From NCBI GenBank assembly GCA_002269645.1, contig NIVC01004152.1:1-57664 (forward strand): DNA of 57,664 bases, written 5' to 3'. The position numbers were made by a program, and so were the translations under genes. Below are positions 13,231-27,744 of this stretch, piece after piece. A model generated the notes under the pieces. The model ran no database searches, was not told where the DNA came from, and worked only from the letters and a program-made list of their open reading frames with translations. Source of the DNA: Macrostomum lignano. Lineage: Eukaryota. Each line of letters opens with the position of its first letter. Positions within the stretch are counted from its first letter, which is position 1.

Positions 13231-13829
13231 CAGCAGCTCTCACTGTTCCCCATGCATCTGTCTGCGTAAATCAATAAAGTCACGGAGAAACTTGTGATAA
13301 GTTAAGCCTATTTGTTAGTTTATTTCAATTTTAAATAGATTCTGAATTGGACTGTTTTAGTACAAATGTATATAGATTATAAAAAATGGTTTGTGAAATA
13401 TTGTAGGCTGTTTTATTAAAGATACGTATTGAAGTCTGATATCACAGCAGTACGGTATTTATTATATAGCTATAAAATTATTTAAGCATATATTTGAGAT
13501 GCTAAACTCTCCCTCCTCAGTATCTACCGAGACCGATACTTAACGAAATGAGCTGTTAATAAAGAATAAAATACTTGCGAAATAGGCAAAGATAAGCGTT
13601 TGGATGTTGAGCAGCAAAATTAACTATAGAATGGGCTGATAGCAGGTAACTGCAGTTAGATGTCTCTGTCCAACGGTCTCAGTGGGAGGGAGAGTGCATG
13701 GAGACTGCTTTAAATCGGCTATTTTAAGTTACTAATCATGTAATTTTTCAAAGTTTGTATAGCATAAATTGTGACAGTATCGAATAAAATTTTCTTGAAC
13801 TGTTTCAATAGATGGGCCGGACTGCAGAT

Positions 13830-16800
13830 TTAGTTGGCCGAGTACACAGTCTTCTGGGTGTGCGTTGCCCGCTCCTGAAAACAAATTGCATAATTTAGAT
13901 TTTATTATTTGCGAGAAAGGATGTACAGCCCTATACAATGACTAGAGGGTTGAAGGGGTCTACTGAAGGGCCAGAGGGTTGCCGTATGGCCGTAGCCTAG
14001 TGATCTGGTGCGGCGCTCTGATGTGCCAGCGGCCCAGGCTCGATTCCAAGCAGGGGCGTAGCCAGAGGGGGGGGCAGGGGGGCCGTGGCCCCCCATAATC
14101 ACCAACTCTGGCCTTGGCGCCCCCCTCCCCCTAAAAGAAACTGGCGCCCCCCCTAAAAGAAACTGGCGCCCCCCCCTAAAAGAAACTGGCGCCCCCCCCT
14201 AAAAGAAACTGGCGCCCCCCCTATAAGAAACTGGCGCCCCCCCTATAAGAAACTGGCGCCCCCCCCCTAAAAGAAACTGGCGCCCCCCCTATAAGAAGCT
14301 GGCGCCCCCTAACTCACGGCCCCCCAATCAAAATTCCTGGCTACGCCCCTGATTCCAAGTGCAGTCACATTACCGGTAATTTGAGGCTAAATTGGAATCT
14401 CGGCTTGGCTCTGCTCGTGTAATTAACGGCCTTGAGGGCCAACCCCCCAAGGCACAGTGAAGTGTACATGCCTAACGATAAATAAAGTTAGGGCCGCTGT
14501 ACACTCCTGTGTGAGTGCGTGCCTGTGCGTATGACTGCGTACGTATCCGCGCGCTTGTGTGCCTGCTCAGGGGAGTCGGCGGAATGGGCAGTAATGCCTC
14601 TCATCGATTGTGGGACAATGTCGCTTAAAGTGCGCCAGGGTGCACACAACCCCTGCCTCTAACTAAAAAGGGTTGCAGTGAGTGATCTACTGAAGGGACC
14701 ACAGTGTTACAGAAGGACAGAAGTAGTGAGCGAAGACAGCAATCAGAGCTTAAAGCACCTCTCCCTCGGTGTTGTACAACGAGGTGTTGATGTTGGCGCC
14801 GACGCCCCAGCTGGACTCAGCAGCTTCCAGGTCGTCGCTGCCGGGCGGCTTCAGTCCGCGAGCCCAGATCTGCAATGAGACGGACGGACGCTTGAATAAT
14901 GGCTAATAAATACTTCGGCACGAAAGAGATGGATCTGAACAGTTGACCTAGGTGATCAAGGATAAATTTTAGCAAAAATGCTAAGCAGTCAATCATTACT
15001 GTTATTGACTACAGCTGGCCTAATTGGCAGATGTGCAACCAACAGCTCAGACGCAGCTATTGCGCGCCGCATCTGAAGGCTGCGTACGGCTGTTCAATCA
15101 AAGAACTGGGGGGTTGCAACACAAAACCTCAATTACCCCCAGCTAACGCTGGCACCCATTTTAAAGCTGGGGGTGAACTGAAGCAATGCAGACTTAAGTG
15201 TCTTGCTCAAGGACACAAATTTTTCCAGATTGGGTTGAGAATCGAACCCCCGAATTTTCAGTTTTGAGTCGGACACTCTAGCCACTAGACTACAACCCCT
15301 CACTAGACTACAACCCTTACTAGGCTACAACCCCTCACTAGACTACAACCCTTACTAGGCTACAACCCCTCACTAGACTACAACCCTTACTAGGCTACAA
15401 CCCCTCACTAGGCTACAACCCTCACTAGGCTACAACCCTCACTAGGCTACAACCCCTCACTAGGCTACAACCCCTCACTAGGCTACAACCCTCACTAGGC
15501 TACAACCCCTCACTAGGCTACAACCCCTCACTAGGCTACAACCCCTCACTAGGCTACAACCCTCACTAGGCTACAACCCTCACTAGGCTACAACCCCTCA
15601 CTAGGCTACAACCCCTCACTAGGCTACAACCCTCACTAGGCTACAACCCCTCACTAGGCTACAACCCCTCACTAGGCTACAACCCCTCACTAGGCTACAA
15701 CCCTCACTAGGCTACAACCCTCACTAGGCTACAACCCTCACTAGGCTACAACCCTCACTAGGCTACAACCCACACTAGGCTACAACCCTCACTAGGCTAC
15801 AACCCTCACTAGACTAAAACCCACAGTACTTTTAAGGGGGTTTTAGCCTAAGCAGTCAAACAGTGGGACTAAAATGTACAGCTTAATTACACTCAGAGGA
15901 AAATTTTTAACGCACCCGGATGTTCTTGTGCGGGCCGTCGCCCAGCACGACACCGTTGGGCACGGTGAACTTGATGACTTGTCGGCCGTTGTCGATGTTA
16001 CGCAGCAGTCGCCAACCGCTGATGTCCTCCTTCTGCAGCCAGAGAGACCAATTTTACAATTCAAAGAGGGAAAAAATGGAATAAATAAATAAAATCAAAG
16101 ATTTACACTCGCCTTCTTGCCGGTGTTCTCAAGCAGGATGTACTTTCCGTCGGCTGAGCACTCCTGGATGCTGACGTTGCCCTTGGCGGTGCGCTGGTAG
16201 GTGGTCTTAGCCGACATCTCGCCCTTGATCAGGCTCACTAAAGTGATCGTGGAATGCAGCGTGTGGTTAAGCTAATTTGTTAGAAATCGGTATTTTGAAT
16301 TTTTATACTGTAAATGCAGTCCGCTGCTGTGTCTACTCACTCTGCTGCTTGTCTGCAATGTGCGGGGTGACGTGGGGTGGGAAAGACCGTTATTTTAATC
16401 ACACAATGCTTTACAGTTTGCATTATTAGCAATAGTAAAGTTCGACGAAAATGTTTTAATAAATTATTGTCCCGCTTGCTGCTAACTCACTTTGTCCCTG
16501 GTGCATGGCCTGCTGTTCCACCGCAAAGGAGCGACTCTCCACAGTAGAAGACTTTTGCGACATCAGTTCCTGCGTCCGATGGTGCTGATTGATTCTGGAG
16601 AAAGAAGAGTAGGGAGATGCGATTGATGGACTACATTCATGTAACACGATGGACTGCCGTGATTGAGCAATATTCATGAAGGAATGCCTAACCGGGTCTC
16701 CTCTCCTTCCAGAAGCTTCCTGTATGCGGCGATCTCCAGTTCGAGACTCAGCTTCATATCCATGAGCGTCTGGAGCTCTTTGAGGTACTCCTCCAGAGTG

Positions 16801-19461
16801 GCCTGCGTGTTGGCGAGATCCGTGCGCAGGCGGCCCTTCTCCATCTCGCATTCGCGCTCAGCCTCCTCCATCTCGCGTCGGAGCTCTTCGAGCTCGCGCT
16901 CGAGCTGTGCGTTGCGCGCCTCCAGCTCCGGGATGCGATTGCGCGCGTCGGTCATCTGGCCTTTGATGCGCTTATTCTCCTCGCGCAGATGGGACAGCTC
17001 CATGTTGTCCCGGGTGTTTGTAGTACGCGCCTCCTGCACCTTCATGCTGTACTGGGACTCGATCTCGGAGCGCATGACGTCCATCTTGTTGTCGTACTCG
17101 CGCTGGATCTCGTGCAGTGCCTGGGCCATTTCGTTCTTCCAGAATTCGCGGTTCTCGCTAGTGGTGTCACGGTAGGCCAGAGCGGCGAGCTCCTTCAGCT
17201 CCTGGAGAGGACGGTTTTCATGTATGCTTTATTGACATTATGACATCTCTTCAAATGCTTCGGGTCGCTATTTTATGAACATAAGGTAATACTCATTTAA
17301 ACGAGTGATGTAAATTTTGGTATACAATTATACTGCGAACCCTGAACGGAGAGATTTGGAGCCTTGTTTTAGTTTTCGGGTGATATTTAATGAGGTGGTG
17401 GATTATTACGACGAGGTCTTCTAGTCTGGTACCGTCAAGTCTGGTGTACAAGCTAATCTGATGTTATTGAGGCATGGTGTGGTGAGATCTGGCGTGATGA
17501 CATTTGGTGTGACGAGGTCTGGTGTGATGAGGCTAGTGTGATGAGGTCTGGTGTGATGAGGTCTGGTGTGATGAGGTCTGGTGTGATGAGGTCTGGTGTG
17601 ATGAGGTCTGGTGTGATGAGGTCTGGTGTGATGAGGTCTGGTGTGATGAGGTCTGGTGTGATGAGGTCTGGTGTGATGAGGTCTGGTGTGATGAGGTCTG
17701 GTGTGATGAGGTCTGGTGTGATGAGGTCTGGTGTGATGAGGTCTGGTGTGATGAGGTCTGGTGTGATGAGGTCTGGTGTGATGAGGTCTGGTGTGATGAG
17801 GTCTGGTGTGATGAGGTCTGGTGTGATGAGGTCTGGTGTGATGAGGTCTGGTGTGATGAGGTCTGGTGTGATGAGGTCTGGTGTGATGAGGTCTGGTGTG
17901 ATGAGGTCTGGTGTGATGAGGTCTGGTGTGATGAGGTCTGGTGTGATGAGGTCTGGCGTGATGAGGTCTGGTGTGATGAGCTTTATTGCAGTATTATTAG
18001 ATACTCGCTACAATAGCTCGTATAGAGGGAAGCTCACGTTGCGAGTTTGTCAGCCGCCCCAGTGTCCCACTTACCGACTCGTGGATCTGCTTCATAAACT
18101 CCAGCTGCTCTCTAAGCGATTGGGCCTCATTCTCGGCGTTGATGTGATTCAGCGTCTCCGCATCCAGATCCTGCGAGGGAATCGAAGCGCTGTGAATAGC
18201 GCACGCTCGTATTTCATAACATAAAAAATAATGCACTCCTGGATTTTAGAGCCAAGCATCCGAAATCGCACTAACTGACCCCTCGCAGCCTGTTGACTTC
18301 ATCCCGCAGCCGCTTGATCTCCTTCTGATCGCGGCTGCGCTCCTCGTCGAAGGTGGCCACCCGGCGGCGCAGCAGCGAGATCTCGCCGTCATAGTCAGCC
18401 AGCTGCTGGTTGAGCTTGTCGATGGTCTCCCTGTCCACCTGGTGCTGCCTGTTGGCCTCGTCCAGGCTGCAGATTTTAAATAAAGAGTATCAGTCCTGTC
18501 ATAAATCTCGAATGCTCGAATGTGGCTACATATACGATCAGTAGTGCGGTGCGATCTGCTTTTAAACGACATGACTTGTTACCTGTTACAGAAGACACGA
18601 GCCAGAGTATTTTAGAGTTTTAAATTCAAGAATAGCTAGTAAATTTATAGACTTTTCAGTCTGAAAAAACCAAATACCAAGAATTAAACTCGCTGTACCA
18701 CTTACAGAACTTGCAGCTCATTCAGCTGATCCTCCAGCGACGAGATTCGAACCTCGGCCTCGGCCTTCTGCTTCTCGGAATCGTCCAGCAGTTTTCTCAG
18801 CTGGGCCAGCTCGGTCTCGTAGGTTTGCTTCACTCGCTCAGTCTCCTTGCCCCAGCGGTCCTTCAGCTGCTGCAGCTCGTTGGACAACTTCTTGTTCTGG
18901 GCCTCCAGGAAGCGGACCTGCGACAAGGAGAGAGACGCAGAGAGGGAGAGGCGGCTGCCAAACCATTAAAATCAAAGCTCTAGAAAATCCGCGCAAAACA
19001 TTTCCTAACCTTTTCAATATAGTTGGCAAACCGCTCGTTCAACTCCTGCATGTCCTTCTTCTCCTTCTCGCGGCCGTTCAGCATGTTGTTGACTTCGGCG
19101 TTGGTCTGCTGGATGCCCGATGCCGAGGCCATGCTCCGCGTCACCCGGACGCTCTTCACGGAGTCTACAGTGTCGCCCCGACCAATGCCGAAGCCCGGCA
19201 GAGTCCGGTTGATGACAACCTGAGGAGGTCATTAATCATTAAGGAGGAGGTTTCCCTGATACTTTTTTATTACAGTATGGGGCCTTGGCTCCCAAGGATA
19301 GCCTAGTATCTGTCGAGCTCTTCATCGCAAACAGGCAGCTAGCATGAAAATCGATAATAGCTAGTTGGACTCACCGTCTTGGGCGCCGAGATCGGACCTC
19401 GGGTGCCGCCCGACGTCTGCATCGAGTACCGAGTCGTCTTGGTGGTTGTCTTGCTAGCCAT
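13830..19461 (-). CDS. Cytoplasmic intermediate filament protein, protostome long-coil-1B type with lamin-tail (LTD) domain, about 600-606 aa
   Basis: Exons 19375-19461, 19010-19219, 18706-18917, 18280-18466, 18075-18170, 16693-17201, 16491-16594, (16341-16352 micro-exon), 16113 or 16107-16237, 15916-16032, 14759-14869, 13830-13874; all phases join. Rod-start motif LNERFANYIEKVRFLEAQN, rod-end motif LELEIAAYRKLLEGEETR, LTD KGEMSAKTTYQRTAKGNVSIQECSADGKYILLEN. The C-terminus ERATHTQKTVYSAN* has no CaaX, so it is not a lamin. Confidence 0.93.
13985..14660 (+). mobile_element. tRNA-derived SINE family B copy, interrupted by a MITE
   Basis: A box TAGCCTAGTG near 13993, B box GGCTCGATTCC near 14037; body AAGGCACAGTGAAGTGTACATGCC...GACAATGTCGCTTAAAGTG shared with 29620-29975 and 55790-56112. 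Confidence 0.75.
14051..14351. mobile_element. Non-autonomous hAT-type MITE with internal minisatellite
   Basis: 15-bp TIR CAGGGGCGTAGCCAG/CTGGCTACGCCCCTG; perfect 8-bp TSD ATTCCAAG (14043-14050 and 14352-14359); internal repeat GGCGCCCCCCCTAAAAGAAACT. Confidence 0.9.
14995..15300 (-). mobile_element. SINE family A copy in IF intron; its 5' end continues into a tandem array
   Basis: Same conserved blocks as the copies at 4213 and 32572; the B box appears on the plus strand as GAGAATCGAACCC at about 15237-15249. Confidence 0.85.
15283..15822. repeat. 18/19-bp array (CACTAGGCTACAACCCCT), about 29 copies, derived from the SINE A head
   Basis: Reverse complement AGGGGTTGTAGCCTAGTG matches the first 18 nt of the SINE A head at 32572. 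Confidence 0.95.
17510..17980. repeat. 15-bp minisatellite (GTGATGAGGTCTGGT), about 30 copies, IF intron
   Basis: Seen directly. Confidence 0.95.
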
Positions 19462-19557
19462 GGCTCCGCCGAGAGTTGTACCAGATGAGAAAGAACCGAT
19501 GAAGCGCACGAGAGTTTGGATGCCAGCGTGGGTTACCAACTGGAAGCTTGTGATAAG

Positions 19558-19564
19558 TTTTATA
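19558..19564 (-). promoter_or_regulatory. Candidate TATA box of the IF gene
   Basis: TATAAAA on the minus strand, about 100 nt upstream of the ATG at 19461, with no intervening intron signal noticed. Confidence 0.45.
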
Positions 19565-19814
19565 ATCGCAAGAAAATCGTGGGAACGCCTGGAACTCTAG
19601 CGGCGTTTTAGGCCCATGAGAAGAATTCAGCACCCGGTCTCAAAGGTATGGATCGCTTCTACTGGCTCGGCCGAGCTCGCGGCCGCGCCCAGTCCCGGCC
19701 TGAGAAAGCAGGGCGAGGGCAAGGCGCTGAGCAGCTGCAGCGGAGGATCGCACCCATTCTGTCCGAGTTTGCATAAGCTGAACTGGCGAAACTAAATTAA
19801 GTTTACGACTTGGT

Positions 19815-20515
19815 TGCTTACTTACTACTGGTGGGGGGTGGGGGGGCGCAGGCACCGCGATCAGACCGCGAGGCCCTATCGCAACCTAACCCCCCAAGGT
19901 AAAAGAATCCAAGGCTTAACCCTGGGAGTGCTAGTAGTCAACAGTTCAAAGGGGAGCCATCGGTGACCTCATCATCGGTGACCAAAATCTCAGACGAAGG
20001 CGCGAAGATCACGGATGTTGTTCGGGGTGGTCGAGGTTTGCCGCGCCTTATTGAAGCAAGGACAGAAGGTGACGTGATGCTCCGCGGTCTCCTTTCCTAC
20101 GCCACAGAAAAGACAGGTAGGAGGGCAACCGGTTTGCAACGAGATATGTCTCTGGAAGAATCCATGGCCTGTTAGGACTATGCACATCTCCCTGAGGTCG
20201 GTTCTTGTAAGTGAAATCAGATAATCAGAGACTTTCCAGTTCAGGTTAGGCATGGCAGAACGAGTCTGACTGTCTGGAACGAGAACAAGGTTCACATCGA
20301 CATCCAGTGGGTTGCTGTCTCGACTAGTGATGGCAAGCCCCTGGAAGCCCCTGCTGGCGGAAGTTTAGGACTTGTAAAACCTTTCTTGTTGAAGCAGTCC
20401 CAAACGTTAGCTGGGCTGACAATGACTGAGAAACCCAGAGTCGTCAACGCGAATTCAAGCGCTTGAAGGTTAAGCACCCTGGAAAGAAACTTATGTCTTA
20501 AAATAGGCAAATCGT
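19815..20515 (-). mobile_element. 5'-truncated non-LTR retrotransposon 3' fragment (RNase H remnant, Cys/His knuckle, 3' UTR)
   Basis: Minus-strand ORF 19990-20295 has [11 protein letters not shown]...[19 protein letters not shown], the C-x2-C-x7-H-x4-C motif typical of LINE ORF2 C-termini. The upstream piece ALEFALTTLGFSVIVSPANVWDC is RNase H-like. It ends in (TAAG)-type short repeats near 19815. Confidence 0.7.
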
Positions 20516-21127
20516 GATTCGTGATACTGTAGCCTGCATGTACATGTAAATGAAGTTATTAATTGGTAATTCTGGTGATAGCCTGCTTGTACATGGAGGT
20601 TTTAATAGGGAAATTGTGATAAGCCTGTAAGGAAATTACATACGAGCGCAAAGATCTTAAGGCAATTGTGATAGCAAGAACAATATGAGCAAATATGTAA
20701 CGCAACACAATACGCTCGTAGTTGCTTTTAGTAGCAGTTTACTCTTGCTCTGAGTGCCTCTTCGCGCGACCAAATATGGTAAATAATAAGTTCCACTGTT
20801 CCCATCGCGCAAGGGCGTTGTTGAGCTCGAAAACTTGAGTCAAAATTGAGAGAAAAGCGACACCCGGTTCTCACGCCAATAGCCTACAGGAGCAGAAAGA
20901 TCCGTCACTATACACGAAGAAATCCAAATTGCAACACTCGCAGTTTTGCTGTGCAGCTGCAGGCCCAAATAATTCTCACAGAAACCTATTGTAACTAAAT
21001 CTGAATGGCCGCCAAAACCCAGCTCCCACGACATCAATAGCCCCACCCGCTAATTATTAAACAAAGGCCTGCTTTTACTACTAAAACTGCATTGCAAGCA
21101 GTCTAGGATAAGATAATCCTACAAAAG

Positions 21128-21352
21128 ATGCCAGTTCACCCAGCAACAGGCCTGTACTCAACTGTATCGATGCCAGTTGACCCAGCAACAGGCCTGTACT
21201 CAACTGTATCGATGCCAGTTCACCCAGCAACAGGCCTGTACTCAACTGTATCGATGCCACTTCACCCAGCAACAGGCCTGTACTCAACTGTATCGATGCC
21301 AGTTCACCCAGCAACAGGCCTGTACTCAACTGTATCGATGCCAGTTGACCCC
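21128..21352. repeat. 42-bp tandem repeat, about 5.5 copies
   Basis: Unit GATGCCAGTTCACCCAGCAACAGGCCTGTACTCAACTGTATC. Confidence 0.95.
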
Positions 21353-22975
21353 ATTAAATTCCCTGAACGAAGCAATCAGCTCTCAGCTAAAATAGACAAC
21401 AATTCTGAAATGCCAAAGAGGAAAACAAAAGCAAGGAGCTTAGCAACAATCCAAATTTCACATTAAACAGCAGATTTTTGATTGCTTAATTCAATTTAAT
21501 ATTTTTTCGCGTTGTGTTCCTTTTGCATATTTGAGCAAAAGTACGCTTGCGCAGTGGGCTTAAAAATGATTTATTGTATTTTTAGCGAGACACACAAGGA
21601 GATACAGAGAGAGAGAGCGAAGTGAATTAGCTTGCTTGGTTTTGACACTGAACGCTTGATAATATTTATTGAGGCTGAAGGGAGCTAATTGAAACTTGTT
21701 TATAAGCATTTCAGCAACACTATTAGCTATATATATATATATGCAAAAGTCTAAGCCTAGAAAAAGACAATTAAAGCGAGCAGGCCAACATTTAAGCTTG
21801 GCGATACTTTAACAAAATATTTAGATAATAATAATAAATAATTAGGCATGCTTGCTAATGGTAGCTTTGCTTAACATTATTGAATGTTAGGTATAAATAT
21901 AATTTTATCAATATAGAAATATTAGAGACGTGATCTCTCTTTTGCAAGTAAAAAAACAACAGCAACAGAAACCAGGGAGTGCTACATAATACTCGGGTTT
22001 TAGGGTGGCAGTCTGCATAAGGTGAAGCCTTAAGCGAGGGTCGGATGAATTACAAGCACAGCAGATAACTGAAGCAGGTTTTGCATAGATACATAAATCA
22101 ATACGAGGGCAGTTCAGAAAGCAGACAACCATTTGGATTACCCTTTTCCCAGTCTATTTCAACAAAACCGATATGCAATTTTGAATTTTTACACTGTTAG
22201 ACACACCAATTTAAAGTTTCTTTTTTAGACAAGTCAACATCCCACACATTAGATGTCTATGCATTCGTTGTCTTTGAGCAATGCTTTTAAACGAGTCTCA
22301 TACTTTCTTCACCATGATTTTCGAGTTTAACCGTCCTGAGTGATTAAGATGTCCTTGTCTCTTATGCTACTAATCTAAGTTGAAGCTAACGGTGAGCTGC
22401 AAATCGCTACTTTCCGGACATCTCTCGTAAAATAAATAGAAAAACAGCAATGATTCTTTTTAATTGCCTATGCGTCTTACATATACTACTCGTACTTAAC
22501 TGGCCTTTGCTAGTTTAGCGTATTGTCATTATTAATTATATTATTGACCAACTAGTAAGTCTAGGAACCGAATGTTTAGGAAATTTCTGAAGGCCCCTTT
22601 AACATGAGCCACTTCGAAGCATCATTCATCAGATTCCTTCATCCCAGGTGCTCAGCCTGCAATTTAGCCCGGTGATGATGCAGTGGAACAGAAGTCCGCA
22701 CGGGTTCTCTGTAATTCCCAATGCCTATTCATAGGGTTTATAATGACGCACCTAAGCACAGAAATAATTAGGCCTGCCGCCTTCTACCTTTTAGAAGGAA
22801 AAAATAAACAGAACCCGTTTATTAGTATCCAAGGCCGTCCCCGGCGACTCGCTTATGCGGCGGTAAGGGCATTATCATAATCATTTTTAAACTATGATCC
22901 GCTAAGCTTAGTGTCAATGCGCGAGTAACTATAGATTAGCTATACCATAGTAAAAGTTTATTTAGCAGCACTAAG

Positions 22976-24713
<1,738 letters not shown>

Positions 24714-27700
24714 TCAGTTGTCAATGGCAAATCAACAGTTACTGTCATTGTGCTACTTATAATTAACACTAGCATATATTCTATGACTAGACTTTCATCC
24801 TTACTTAGACATTTTGTTTAAGAAAGTATATTAAAAATTTGCAAATTATTATTAGAGGTCAAGAGAGACAAGAAATTGGGCAAAAAATTCTAAGCCAAGA
24901 CTTGCTTTTGAGGTAAGACTTTCTAATTATGTTCCTATTTTAATGTTAAAACATTAATATCTATAGCTAACAAATATGCAACCTGTTATATATTTATTAT
25001 CAATGGTTGAAACTAGGCTAGTAAATGAGATTAGTATTTTGTTTTAGTTTATAAAACTTTGTTATTTAAAATACTGGCAATCATACATGTAAAACCTTTG
25101 AAATTATACTAGAGATGAGCTAAATTTTCATTTTGATTTTTCCAAAAAAATAAAATTTGAATTTGGGCCTTAAAGTTTAACTTCAATTTAAAATCCTAAA
25201 AATTTTAACTTTTGCAATTAAATTCAAAAATTTAATTTTAAAAATATTAATTTTTTAGAAATTTTAAACATGCTTTTGTTTATAAGAAATTTAGAGTGAA
25301 AGAGATAGATGCTATATAAAAAGCATGAGGATTTAGGGTAATAAAAGAGACCTATGATAGGAGAGATAAAGGACAAGGAGAAAGGAGAAGGAAACATTTA
25401 TGGAGAGATATAAAACAAGGAAGAAGAGAAAGCAACTTCTAAGACTTAGTAAAAAGATATAGAATGGTAAAAATTATATATAATGGGCAATGGTAACTGT
25501 AGACTAATATTGCTATAAGGACTAAAGTTCATTTACTAAAAATAACTTCAAATTCCCTTATTTTGTCTATGAAGATTTTTGCAATGTTTATTTAGATTTA
25601 TAATTCTCTATTAGCCTAAACAATATTTTGTAGCTTGCCTAAAAACAAAATATAGATAATAGTTTTGCCATAACCAAATTTTCTTATATCCATGTCTATA
25701 TCCATAGCCAGTAAGCTTAACTAAAGGCCTTACCATATTAATCACAGAATTTATAGTGTCAAAAAAAATTGTTTAAGTCCTTAACCCAATTAAAATGGAC
25801 TTAAAAGCTTCTCTTATATCATAGTTAAGAACACTATATCTACCCTAAAAAATGACCCATATTTTTGTATATATCAATGTATACCAAATATATTATCTTA
25901 TATAAAGCTCTAAATCTTCAATTTTGAAATGTTACTACTAGACTAATGATTTTGATATTTAATTTCAATTAAAAAGTAAAATATTTATTATATTTACATA
26001 ATGTTTTATCTGTATTATAATATAATTATATATAGAAAAGTAAAATTTATATATTTTTGTTAAATACTTAAACCTTTACTTTGTTTAAAACTTTGATTAA
26101 AAACATTTATCTTAAATTTAGCCATCACCATCCTAACCCATCTTCCCTAGAATAAGTGTAGAAAACCTGTGGACACATAAAATAGGATCTAAATTTATAG
26201 AACATGTTAGCTTTCATACCAAATATAAGCATAATACTAATTAGATTTGATAATGAAGCATTTAGCCTAAATAAGATAGTCATAGTTACTCTTGCCATTT
26301 ACCTAAAACTGTACTGCACAATAACACTACTTGCCTTGACTCTAGCTACAATGCAACATTGGAAAATTCCAAAATTGCAAATCCCTAGCAAAACCCTATC
26401 CCTAAGTTTCTAATTCTAAGGACTTAAAGCTCCTCTTAAAAGTGAAAGCATTGATTTTAACATTAGTCCCCAGCCACTTAACTACAATATGCATGTACCA
26501 TTGAAATTATTTATTGTTTAGGGCCTAAGTTAAAGTGGAAACCTTGTTTCTTGGAAAATTTTGAGGCAGGTCTTTCCAAAGAATATAGCTTGTACTATAA
26601 CGGACATAGCGAGCTTTCATTTTTCAGCACACAACAATGTTATTGTTATTGCTAGGCCTATTATAATTCAAAATTAACTCAAGCAAAATAACACTAAGTC
26701 AAGACTATCATTATCCCACAGTCAAGTGAATGTGTGACACAAAAATATGGTTACGACTATTAATGACAATCAGCGAATAAACTGCTTGAAAATGGTCAAA
26801 GCAGACCAAAAACGCGTTGCACTAATTACTATGTTTGTTCGGAATTATTCCAAATCTGAGTTTCACTTTACATAATTTCAACTTTTTCTTAGCCACTTAG
26901 GCCTAATTGGTTTTATTGTTAATATACGATGATAGTAATGATAGAAATAATTGGCGACTTGATATTGATGCTTCAGGTCAGCTTGTGACTTAGAACTTTT
27001 TTTAACCACTGCTTCTTATTATTCTGCTGATTAAATTTTTTTAGACAAGTTACATTACGCTAATTAAATAAAAATCACACGAATCTCTGAATTTGAGTTA
27101 GTTCTGACTGCAATTAAAAACGTTTAAACTGAATAACAAAAAAGTTGGAAACGTCTAATTTGGAAAAGTCCGATCGAGTTAAGCAACACTTTAATGTTTC
27201 TGGAATCATAAGTTTATAGTTGATCTCAAATTTCTTCCGTATCAAAAGTTGATTTCGAGATCAAAGAAGTTTGAGGGCCGTTGGAAAATCTGCCTCCATA
27301 TTGGCCGGTCATCATCTCACGTTAGTGAACATCAAACAAATATTTGGGGTCCAATTGGCCCGACGATAATTTTTTCCATGTATTTCTCATGTACACTCCT
27401 GAAGCTAACTACAGCCATCAAGAGAATCCTTAGATCTTATTCTAATGATTCATTCCTGCCTATTCGCCGCCTGGGCCACATTAATAATTAAAATTATTTA
27501 GGAGTCTGACTGATTGATAGATTAATTGCAACTGGGATATGCATCGCTTTCGGTCAATTACGACTTTCGCCTCAAAAAGAAAAAATAAGCTGCATTGGCT
27601 CGGACAATGATGCACCCGATAGTTCAAGATGGCTTCTCTATCAAAAAACCATATCAGAGTTTCAAGTTGCCTGTGACCAGGAAGTCCCCAGTGACTGAGA

Positions 27701-27744
27701 CAACTAGACAGGGTTACTGCTGCTGCTCTTAGATGATGTGGTTA

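Noticed and set aside
14748-14758. IF stop at EVL* by read-through
   Set aside because: A downstream exon at 13830-13874 supplies the family-typical ERATH..QKT ending with a good acceptor.
16663-17243. Antisense or overlapping ORFs over GC-rich exons (also 4950-5408, 30305-30748, 49627-50389, 56079-56711)
   Set aside because: Expected shadows of GC-rich coding sequence; no independent evidence.
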